Of a stretch of 64,000 bases of DNA, positions 23,085-33,309 are shown in pieces (position 1 is the stretch's first letter; the number at the start of each line of letters is the position of its first letter). This DNA comes from Macrostomum lignano (taxonomy: Eukaryota): contig NIVC01000921.1 of NCBI GenBank assembly GCA_002269645.1, forward strand, positions 248,001 to 312,000. Direction: 5' to 3'. Position numbers and translations under genes: made by a program. The notes below the pieces were generated by a model that ran no database searches, was not told the origin of the DNA, and was given only the letters and a program-made list of their open reading frames with translations.

Positions 23085-25905
23085 ATGGAATCTGTGCCAG
23101 CCGCGCCCGCCTTGGATCACGTGACTGCGCTGCAACGCGGCGAGACTCTGGTCCGCGCGGCCGCCTACATCGGCTCCTTTGCCGTTGAGGGCGCGGATCC
23201 GCGGCACCGCTCAGAATTCGCGCACCGCGAGCTGGACAGAATGCGCAACTACAACCGGTCCAAACCGGTTCAGCTCTGGTTGGCGCTGTCCGGCATTAAG
23301 GTGTTGCCATTCGGGCCTGGGAGATAAGAATTATCCTCGGGAATTTCCCGCTAGCCCTTATAAAGTCCAATCATGGCTTTTTAGGTTTTCCTGTATTACC
23401 GACAAGATCGAAATGTTACGCTTATTAATTATTAATCAGCTGTTTTCACCAAGTCAGACAGCAGATGTTTCTCCATGTCAAATGCGGATATTTAGTAATA
23501 AAAAGCCAATATAAACGCATTAATATTCGATTAAAGGTCTGCGACGAGTTCGGGCGCACAGTCTACATGGCGCACGCGCTGAGGCGAATCTCCTACGCCA
23601 GCTGCAACCCGGACCACTGCCAGTTCGCTTTCATGGCTCGCGAGCCCAAGGCTCAGGTCAATCTCCAATACTGCCACGCATTCGTCACTGTGCACCCGGA
23701 CTTAGCCGAAGAGCTTAACAATTTGGTTGGCGACTGTTTTAAGCTGGCCTACACCCTGCAGCAACAGCAGAAGCAACAACAGCAGAAACAGCAGCAGCAG
23801 ATTCTGTTACAACAACAGCAACAACAGTACGTCAAAAAGCAACCTCTACAACAGCCACAGCCGATCAATAAACAGCAGCAGGTACAACAGCAATTGCAAA
23901 TGTACCAACAGCAGCAGCAACTGCAAAAAAAACAACAGCAGGAGCAACAGCAGCAACTGCAGCAGCAAATTCAACAACAACAACAACAACAACAACAGCA
24001 ACGCCCAGCCCGTCGCTCAGAGGCAGCCCAGCAAACGACGCCACCGCCACTAGCTGATGAGTCGACTCGACGCTGTTCGCAGCTCGGCAGTTCGTCGGCT
24101 GGTTCCCAGCAGCAGCAGCAGCAACCGCCGCCGCCACCAAGGGACAACAGCTGCTGCTTGGACCAGTCAGTGTCCAGCAGCTCCTCGTTGGCCAACATGC
24201 AGTGGTCAACTACGGATCAAACTTTACCTGAATCAACTGTCACGCAGCAACAACAACAGCAGCAGCAGCAGCAACAGCCTCGACGAAATCGCAGGTCAGG
24301 CCGCGAATATCTCGCAACCGTCGGAGGCATCGCAGGCAATGGAGCTTCAACTGCTGCAGCCGCGGGTACTGTTGGTGACACTACTCCCTCGCCGCCACCG
24401 CCGCCTTTGCCAGCACGGTGAGTCTGGAAGAACTTTCTCTGATGTGTCTTTCCACCTCAGTCGGTTGTGTCTCCCCACCCAGTCGGTTGTGTCTCCCCAC
24501 CCAGTCGGTTGTGTCTCCCCACCCAGTCGATTGTGTCTCCCCACCCAGTCGGTTGTGTCTCCCCATCCAGTCGGTTGTGTCTCCCACCCAGTCGGTTGTG
24601 TCTCCCACCCAGTCGGTTGTGTCTCCCCACCCAGTCGGTTGTGTCTCCCCACCCAGTCGGTTGTGTCTCCCCACCCAGTCGGTTGTGTCTCCCACCCAGT
24701 CGGTTGTGTCTCCCCACCCAGTCGGTTGTGTCTCCCCACCCAGTCGGTTGTGTCTCCCCACCCAGTCGGTTGTGTCTCCCACCCAGTCGGTTGTGTCTCC
24801 CCACCCAGTCGGTTGTGTCTCCCACCCAGTCGGTTGTGTCTCCCACCCAGTCGGTTGTGTCTCCCACCCAGTCGGTTGTGTCTCCCACCCAGTCGGTTGT
24901 GTCTCCCCACCCAGTCGGTTGTGTCCCCCACTCCGGATGGCTTCAACCGTAGCAGCGGCCAACTTGGCGCACCGGACATCACCAACAGATCTTCGCCAGC
25001 GTCGGCTTCGTCTACATCAGCGCAGTCGTCGCAGCCGCCGCCGCTGTCCGCTGAGGATTCGGAGGAGGCCGGCGTGGAGGAGCCGCCGGTGAACGCCGAC
25101 TGGTACCAGGCCGACATGCCGCGTGACACCGCTCTGGGCCTGCTCAGCCGGGAGGAGGTCGGCGCCTTCATAGTGCGGGACAGCGGCACACATCCCGGCT
25201 GCTACGCGCTGTCTGTCCGGGTTGCCCGGTCGGACAATCCGAGCGGCTTCGCACACTACCTGGTCCAGCGGACTCAGCGCGGCTGCGTCCGGTTGAAGGG
25301 CCTTGCCAAGGTGAGGAGCTTGTAGCCTTCTATTAGGATTAGTTTGGTTTGCAGTGGACTGGTGATCTAGTCTAAGGACTGTTGATCTAGTCTAAGGACT
25401 CGTGATCTAGTCTAAGGACTGTTGATTTAGTCTAAGGACTGGTGATCTAGTCTAAGGACTCGTGATCTAGTCTAAGGACTGTTGATCTAGTCTAAGAACT
25501 GGTGATCTAGTCTAAGGACTGTTGATCTAGTCTAAGGACTGGTGATCTAGTCTACGCACGGACGGTCAAGTCTAAGGATTGTTGATCCAGTCTCAGGACA
25601 TGATGAGGCCGGGTGATTAACTGATAATGCATTGGTGCCTGTCCCAGGAGTGGCCCGGCCTGCAGTCGCTGGTGTGCCATCTGTCGGTGATGCCGGAGCT
25701 GCTGCCCTGCCCGCTGCGGCTGCCCCGCCATCGCCAGGAGGAGGACAACCCGGTGTACACCGACGACCGGGCTCTGGGCGGCGCCACCACGGCCAGCGAC
25801 GAGCAGGATGGTGTCGGCTGCCCCTACGGCCTGGGACTGCCGCCAGACGAAGATTATCAGAGGCTGTCCGATTTCAGCTCCATCATGGCTGAGCTGCGCA
25901 TGTGA
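23085..25905 (+). CDS. SH2D5: PTB + SH2 domain adaptor protein with long polyQ/Pro linker (SH2D5-like), about 570 aa, 4 exons
   Basis: Exons 23085-23300, 23537-24417, 24953(or 24956)-25310 and 25648-25905 are phase-consistent. The PTB segment MAHALRRISY...CQFAFMAREP matches my recollection of the SH2D5 family. The SH2 segment is WYQADMPRDTALGLLSREEVGAFIVRDSGTHPGCYALSVRV...EWPGLQSLVCHLSVMPELLPCPLRLP. Confidence 0.85.
24455..24925. repeat. 22/23-bp minisatellite CCACCCAGTCGGTTGTGTCTCC(C) in intron 2 of the SH2D5-like gene
   Basis: Tandem copies between donor 24418 and acceptor 24952. Confidence 0.95.
25355..25600. repeat. 20-bp minisatellite GATCTAGTCTAAGGACT(G/C)(G/T)T in intron 3
   Basis: Period 20. 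Confidence 0.9.
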
Positions 25906-26034
25906 GCAAAGTGTTGAAGGACAAAAGACTTACGAGTACAGTGATCATTGGTGGGGTAATATGAATTTGTGGAAAGCATTTTGCAGCGCTAATGTATCCT
26001 TAGTAATCCTTTGGCATTGTGTCTATAGCCATAA

Positions 26035-26815
26035 TACACAGTCACGATACACACTCAGTCATGATGCACACTCAGTCATGATGCACACTCAGTCATGATA
26101 CACACTCAGTCATGATGCACACTCAGTCATGATGCACACTCAGTCATGATGCACACTCAGTCAGGATGCACACTCAGTCATGATGCACACTCAGTCATGA
26201 TGCACACTCAGTCATGATACACAATCAGTCACGATGCACAATCAGTCACGATGCACACTCAGTCATGATGCACACTCAGTCATGATGCACACTCAGTCAC
26301 GATGCACACAGTCATGATGCACACTCAGTCATGATGCACACTCAGTCATGATGCACACTCAGTCACGATGCACACTCAGTCATGATGCACAATCAGTCAC
26401 GATGCACACTCAGTCAGGATGCACACTCAGTCATGATGCACACTCAGTCATGATGCACACTCAGTCATGATGCACACTCAGTCAGGATGCACACTCAGTC
26501 ATGATGCACACTCAGTCAGGATGCACACTCAGTCATGATGCACACTCAGTCAGGATGCACACTCAGTCACGATGCACACTCAGTCAGGATGCACACTCAG
26601 TCATGATGCACACTCAGTCAGGATGCACACTCAGTCACGATACACACTCAGTCACGATACACACTCAGTCACGATGCACACTCAGTCATGATGCACACTC
26701 AGTCATGATGCACACTCAGTCACGATGCACACTCAGTCACGATGCACACTCAGTCACGATGCACACTCAGTCATGATGCACACTCAGTCACGATGCACAC
26801 TCAGTCACGATGCAG
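26035..26815. repeat. 17-bp minisatellite CACTCAGTCA(T/C/G)GATGCA
   Basis: Period 17. Confidence 0.95.
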
Positions 26816-28144
26816 TCATGCTATAGACATTGCCTCGACTTGTGTAAGTAACATTGCCCAAGTACAAGCGTACAAAAGAGTTTTAGATATTTAGATGCTG
26901 AATCATGTTATTGGTCATATAAATCTTACCTTTTGAAACCCAATTTAGCAATTATTATGATATTTACCGTGGAAAAGCATGCTTTCTTTGTCAAACAGGT
27001 CTTGGACCTGCAGTCTGCTTGCTTGCTATCCAAAGCTTCATTTACGTACTGAATAGAAAAATGTATGCCTTTATAATTGCCCTAGGCAATCAATTCAAAC
27101 GTTAAATAATAGGCAGTATCGGAGATAGAAATTTTAATTTATTAATTTTTTGTTTCACCTTAAAATGCAGTGATAGACCAACAAAAAATTAAAGTTTAAT
27201 TAAACTTTCTTTCGGCAACAGAATTTCGACGGCAAACTCCAGTGTTTTGTACTGCTTTTTCCTGTATTCTCACTGTTCTGTTTATTGTAGTCGCCTATTC
27301 GATATTTATCATCTATATCTACATTTAGCAGGCATTCATTAATTACTATATACCTAAGCTTAGTTCACTTATCGAATTATCGCGTTTAAACAAAATGTTT
27401 CTGAGCTTTTAAACTTTTTGTTGTCGATTACTAACAAAATTAGTCACGATCTATATACTCGTAGTGAAGTTTTCTCTTCCATTGTGCAAGTTTAACTGCC
27501 ATTAGTAGCATGTAATGATGAGACACGGTTGGCACACGGCTGACATTAAATACGCAGGTCTCCACCTGCATTGATTTTGTGTTCATTTTTGGCTTGCATT
27601 GAGCAGCCTGACTCTGACTAGTCTGTTTCCGCTTTTTTACCTCAACAATTTTTATAGGTATTACAAAGTGAAAAGATTTTTTAAAGCACAAAAAATTTAA
27701 GTATTCCTCAAAGCGCCTTTGGAATCCTTCAGCTTTGTTATCCTGATTAGTAATGAAAGGATGGCATGATTTTTTATTGACGTCAATTTTTGCTTCTATC
27801 CGAGTGACAAGAAAATATAAAACTAAATAAACAGTTATCGAACACGCAAATATTAGCGAATTAGTAACGTTTTGTCTGATGTTATGATGGCTACTTGCCA
27901 GAATCATTCTTAAAAGTTCATCGAAGTGGCAAACTTAAGTAAATGTACAAATAGGCTTAAACTTTGAAAAATTCGAATCATCAATAGAATTGGAACAAAG
28001 CAATTAGAATTATGTCAGGTTTTCAGTTTTTTTAAGGTTTCAATTATTCCGTTTCACGTAGTGGATGGATGACTAAAATAAAATTTTCTTTTGAAATGGC
28101 TATGAAGTTGAGCAGTTAAAAGTCCTGCTAGCAAGGGGCACTAC

Positions 28145-31100
28145 TTAATTTAGCGAATCCACAATTTGCCGCAGGGAGTCCGCAGCGGACTCTGCACTCG
28201 GACGGGAGTCTGGAGTGCCGCTCCAACAGCGCTCCATCAGGCTCCAGAGCTGGTCGGGCATGCCCGGCAGCCGCTTGGGTCGGCGGTCCTGGGCACCGGG
28301 TAGCTGGATTGGCCCGAAGCTGGGCAGGAGCTCAACGTACTCCGGGTGGCGCCTGCCAGTGCCTTCGCTGCGGGAATCGGGGTAAATGGGGGGCATCGGT
28401 GTATAGAGAGCTGCACAGTAGGATGGACAACAAACGCAAACGCTATTTAGTTAGGCCAAGAAGTTTTCCCTCCGGCACTGTTTTTAGTGGTTATTACTTA
28501 CAACCTCAAGATTTTCATAGTAGATGGATGTTTAAAAAGGCTATGCATTTATTTAGCTAGTCTTGGTGTGACATACCCTTCAAATTGCCTAGAAGAGGTT
28601 TGTAGCCTAGTGGAAGGAGTTTTAACCTAGTGGTTAGAGCGTCTGACTCACGACTGAAAGGTCGGGGGTTCGATTCTCGACTCCAATCGGAACAATACGT
28701 GTCCTTGGGCAAGGCACTTAACTCTGCATTGCTTCAGTTCACCCAGCTGTAAAATGGGTGCCAGCATTAGCTGGGGTAATTGAGGGTGTGTGTGGCGACC
28801 CCATAATGATATACATTGGACTGAACAGCCGTACGCAGCCTTCAGATGCGCCGCTCAATAGCTGCGGCTGAGTGGTTGCACATCTGGCCATTAGGGCAGG
28901 TGTAATCAATTATTACGACTTATTACCCTCCAAAGAGGCACCTTACTCACAACAAATACCAAAGAGCAATTCCAAGACTGAAGACATCAGTGCTCGCGTC
29001 GGGACTGGACCTGCCTGTGGCAATCTCTGGCGCTAAGTAGACCGGAATGCTGGTCGTTTGCTGGTTGTTATGGCTGTAGCACTTCACTATCCCGAACGGC
29101 GCTAGCTTCACCTTGTTCAAATCTTCGTTAACCTAGAAGAATAATTCGAGCCAATTTCAAAGCAAGAAAGCCAAGCTTTTAACGCATGTACAAAAATAGC
29201 TCGTCGATTTTCATACCCAAACATTGCTCAGTGCAACATCCTGATGAACGAGCTCGCTGGAGTGAAGAAACTGCAGAGACGTCGCAATCCGTAAGCCGAT
29301 CTTCAAGCGCTGTTTTACGGGCAGGCTGTAGCGCTGCATCAGAGTCCAGGCGTCGCAGAGCATCAGCTCCATGTAGATCTCCACCGTGTACCAGTTCTCT
29401 TCCGGCCGTCTCTTGTGCAGCCGCACGCCGACTACATGAACCAGATTTGGATGCTCAAAAGCGCTGGAATGATACGGCATAAAAATCGATATTCATGCAT
29501 AATGCAGACTGCAATGTTCAGAAAAAAATTGTGAATTTTTATTATTTTTAAACTGGTCATAAGAAGACCTGTCAAAAGTTATTCATTTGTGAGATTATTT
29601 GAAATGGACGCCCGAAGTACACAGTTCTTTAAATAAGAGTAAGTCTTTTTAATTTCGACTTTTGACTCGTTTCGTTTTAAGCACGTCTTCGAACGACCAT
29701 TCCAAAACAGGCTTTTTTTACCATAAATACATGAAGCTGCATTACCTGCTGTGGTACACCTCTGTCGCAATGTCGTCCAGACTAGTTTCACAGGAAATTA
29801 TCCTTTTAGCTGCGAGCGTTGGCTCGCCGATCTCATTCAAAACTCGAAACATATCGCATTGAGCCGCAGATCCAAGCTTTCCTTCCGTGTCAATTCGAAA
29901 TCCGCGAAACTTGTACTTTGAGGTAACATCCATCGTAAGCAGGTGAAGTCGAGCGACTCTCGGGTAAAGAGCCTTGATATCGGATCGCTCTTTCTCGGTC
30001 AGCTTCATGGATTTTTCGACCAGCTGTTCCGATGACGTGATTTTTTCGACGAACTCCCTGTGCTGGTTTTCGAACCACCCATTTAGTGAAGTGATGAGGC
30101 AGTCAACGAGATTTTCCTTGCTGACTGAACCTGCAATTATACATTTGCATGTAAAAATAGCGCTTCAATCATTTCTTTACGTAACTTATCATGGAAAGGC
30201 AATCGAAAAGTACAATAAAATCAAGATCCCAAGAGCGAATAGCAAAGCACGCCATGAAAACCCATTGTTTCAAAGATGTGAAAAAACTCACTAAGATAGA
30301 CATCTGCTTGATATTCCTTCCACCTTTCATCTTCAACAGGAGTAGACATTGACAGTACAAGACCTGGATTCTTCACTATTAGCTTGATGAAGTGCTTCAT
30401 CTTTCTGAGGATAATGCTAAAAGGACCCAGCATAAAGTCCTTCGAAGACAACGAGTAGCCCACGAGCAGCGTCTTCTTCAACACCTGGTACGCAGGCGTC
30501 TGTTCCACATCCTTCTCGTACTCTGCGACTACCTGCTTCAAACGATCGAAATCGTTTTGACAAGTCTTCAGAGCCCCATCCTTGAGGAAGTCGCAGAATG
30601 ACGCAATTATTCTGTCGTTGATGAGAGCATGAATCTCATCGACGCACTTCTTCTCAATGTCTTTCTGAGACATATCGGCTGAAATCACCGATTCCGAGTA
30701 CTTCAGCGCTCTGACTTCGTCGAGAATGAGCGGCTTTCTTTCGGCGAAGAATAGACCTGCTTGTCTCAACAGCTCGTCTCGATTTTTCTCCACGATGCTC
30801 ATCGACTGCTGGTAGGTCTTCTGCTCCAAGCTCTTGACTTGGTAGAGCGCCTTCTTCTTGCGCAAGTTCGACTCTTTGATGTTGGTGGCCTTGTCCATGA
30901 ACAGTGTGAGAATCTCGCTTTGAATGCGCCTCAGGCCGCCACCAGAACTCACGATGAGGTTTCGAAATTGATCCTGAGCGAACTTGAGAATTCTCGTCTT
31001 GACCTCCTCGAATCGTCTGACCCACTTTGAGTTCTCCATCTCCTTGAGAGCCTCAGGGTCGAGCTTGTTCTTCTTGATCATGAGTTCCTTTTTGCGACGG

Positions 31101-32346
31101 AATCGCCTCACTTCCCAACACGAGACGCAAAGGAACTTGTTGCATGTGTCTCTGGTTTCGTTCGGGCTGATGTAGCCGAGACGCTGCAGCTTAGAGAAGA
31201 CGCGCTCAGCCTTTTCTTCTTCAATCTGCTCCGTTGTGCTTGATGATTCTACCGCTGTTTCTCTGGACACATCCATCTTGGTAATTAGATAGAAAACCTC
31301 AGCTCCAATCTCTGGGAGTTGAATTGCTTTCAAATCTTTCTGGACCTAGGAATGTTTTTCATGTATTTTAGTTCGCAGAAAGTGCGAATTTGATTTGCAC
31401 TGTATTATTACGGGTATTTGAAAGTGCCTCGTGAACAAAAGACCTTACGGCAATTGTGATGCCCGAGTTCGAGTCGATGACGTAGATGATTATCGGTAGA
31501 AACGAGTCGATCGCCCCCAGCGTCAGCGAGTCCAGAGACGAGTTCTCGTTCAGTCCTGGCGAGTCGATAATGTCGATGCCGTGTCGCAGGAACTCGCACT
31601 TGATGCCGGCCTCGACAGTCGAGCTGATGAGCTCATCATTTTCGCGGTCCTCGTCCTTCAGCTTGACGAGGTCCTCCTCGATTGTCGGCTTCTCGAGGTA
31701 CTGGACGTCTCCGATCTGCTCGCCGGTCTTGGATCGCACGAGCACGTAGATTCGGTCGGAGTAGGTGAGCCGGGTGACTCGGGCGGTGCACGGGGACTGC
31801 GACTGGGCCACGAAGGTGCCGCCTAGGAAATACTTGAATCAATGTATATAAAAAACATAAACCTGGTCTCAATGTTTAACTGCAACACATTAGTTCGGGC
31901 TATATGCTGAGTGTGTTCTAGATGGGAGCATTCAGCTTCCTATCATGCGAACATATTTTGCCAGTCTGTATCCTGGGTTTAACTCTCAACTTACCTAAAA
32001 GCTCATTGATGAAGGAGCTCTTGCCCGACTTGGTTTGCCCAACAATGATGATGCACGGCTTGCTGTCATCCTTGGAGCCGGTCTCGTTGCCTCGGTACAG
32101 CCGCTTGATGGCTTTCGTCAGTGTCGGCAGTTGAAGCTTTTGCTTGAGCTCCTCGGATGACTCCACAGACAGGCTGCTGGCGATGGGGCCATCCAGCAGA
32201 GCCTGGGTGCTCTCCAGCTGCTCACGGATCAGGTCGCGGTTGATGTGAAACTCAGAAATTTCTTTCTCCAAAGAGTCAACATCCGACATGGCTAATGCGT
32301 TTTGGAACGACAATTTTAAGCTTTCATTCTTTACCGGTCTAAACAT
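28145..32346 (-). CDS. DSTYK: DSTYK-like dynamin-type GTPase-pseudokinase fusion, paralogue A (about 920-940 aa, 7 exons)
   Basis: Exons 31995-32289 (or from ATG 32346), 31449-31822, 30292-31345, 29746-30130, 29217-29463, 28951-29132 and 28145-28367 all join in frame to a TAA. GTPase motifs: G1 GQTKSGKS, G2 PCT, G3 DSPG, G4 TKMD. The kinase fold has degenerate motifs GSAAQC, HQDVALSN and KLAPFG. The symbol is family-level only. Confidence 0.88.
28601..28925 (+). mobile_element. tRNA-derived CORE-type SINE in intron 6 of paralogue A (antisense to the gene)
   Basis: A-box AGTGGTTAGAGC and B-box GGTTCGATTCT, then GTCCTTGGGCAAGGCACTTAAC...CTGTAAAATGGG (28701-28758), which resembles the MIR/CORE domain. 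Confidence 0.75.
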
Positions 32347-32894
32347 GCAGCTGCGGGTCCTGTAAAATGACCATGGCCTCCTTTATCAGGTCTGCTAGCG
32401 GTCTGGGCAGGATAGGAGCTGCAGTGTACAGCAAAGATGCAGCACTCTGAGGTTGTCGGTACAGTTAGTGCTGATAAACAAGACAGTAATTCCAGCACTT
32501 GCTTGTTATAATATTTTAGTGCTGTATTTAACATACAGTGAGCTGACGAATCGATCTGGAGCTTTGCCACTAACTACGATGTATGCATGTACAATGCATG
32601 TACTCAGCATCTAGCAAGACTGCTGTTTCCGCTTGTCCTTCAAGCTGGTATGCACAAGCTTAACGAGACTTTGCATAATCATGACTGTGCAAAGGACTGC
32701 ATAACTGATAGCTGGCTCTGTTTCCAGGTTGGATACTGAATTGAAGAAATATTTTATGCATCTGAATTTGAACCAGCCAACGCAGTCAAGTGCAGATCTT
32801 AGAGATGGTCGAAAATTTCATGGCAGCAACAGTTCACGCTCTTGCCAACAAATAGCCCACCGAAGTTAGGCCTGCCCATCTTCTAAGCGGGACG

Positions 32895-33115
32895 AGCTAC
32901 AGAAGGGTTGGGGTGCCAGCTACAGAAGGGTTGGGGTGCCAGCTACAGAAGGGTTGGGGTGCCAGCTACAGAAGGGTTGGGGTGCCAGCTACAGAAGGGT
33001 TGGGGTGCCAGCTACAGAAGGGTTGGGGCGCCAGCTACAGAAGGGTTGGGGTGCCAGCTACAGAAGGGTTGGGGCGCCAGCTACAGAAGGGTTGAGGCGC
33101 CAGCTACAGAAATGT
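32895..33115. repeat. 23-bp minisatellite GCTACAGAAGGGTTGGGGTGCCA
   Basis: Period 23, about 9 copies. Confidence 0.95.
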
Positions 33116-33309
33116 TGGCTGCAACGAGCTGCTTATCAGTAAGCGCAGGGGCGCAGGGAGCCGGATTCCAAGGGTCCATCTTGAAGAAAGTAAAATAAGG
33201 AGATGGCAGCTAGCAGAAAACAGAAGTTTTGCTGAGCTTTGCTTATGTGCCGGTTTCCAGTACGAGCATAGCGTTATACACAAATAACAACATGTAAATG
33301 TCATAAAAC

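Noticed and set aside
27440-27907. 155-aa minus-strand ORF downstream of paralogue A
   Set aside because: It is AT-rich with no recognisable motif, begins at a non-ATG codon, and lies in the probable 3' UTR or intergenic DNA.
28620-28700. Possible tRNA gene (CAC anticodon-like)
   Set aside because: The acceptor and anticodon stems pair poorly and there is no T-run terminator. It continues into a CORE domain, so it is a SINE head.
28145-32346. Calling paralogue A a pseudogene
   Set aside because: All seven exons are open and in phase with canonical splice sites; only catalytic residues have changed.
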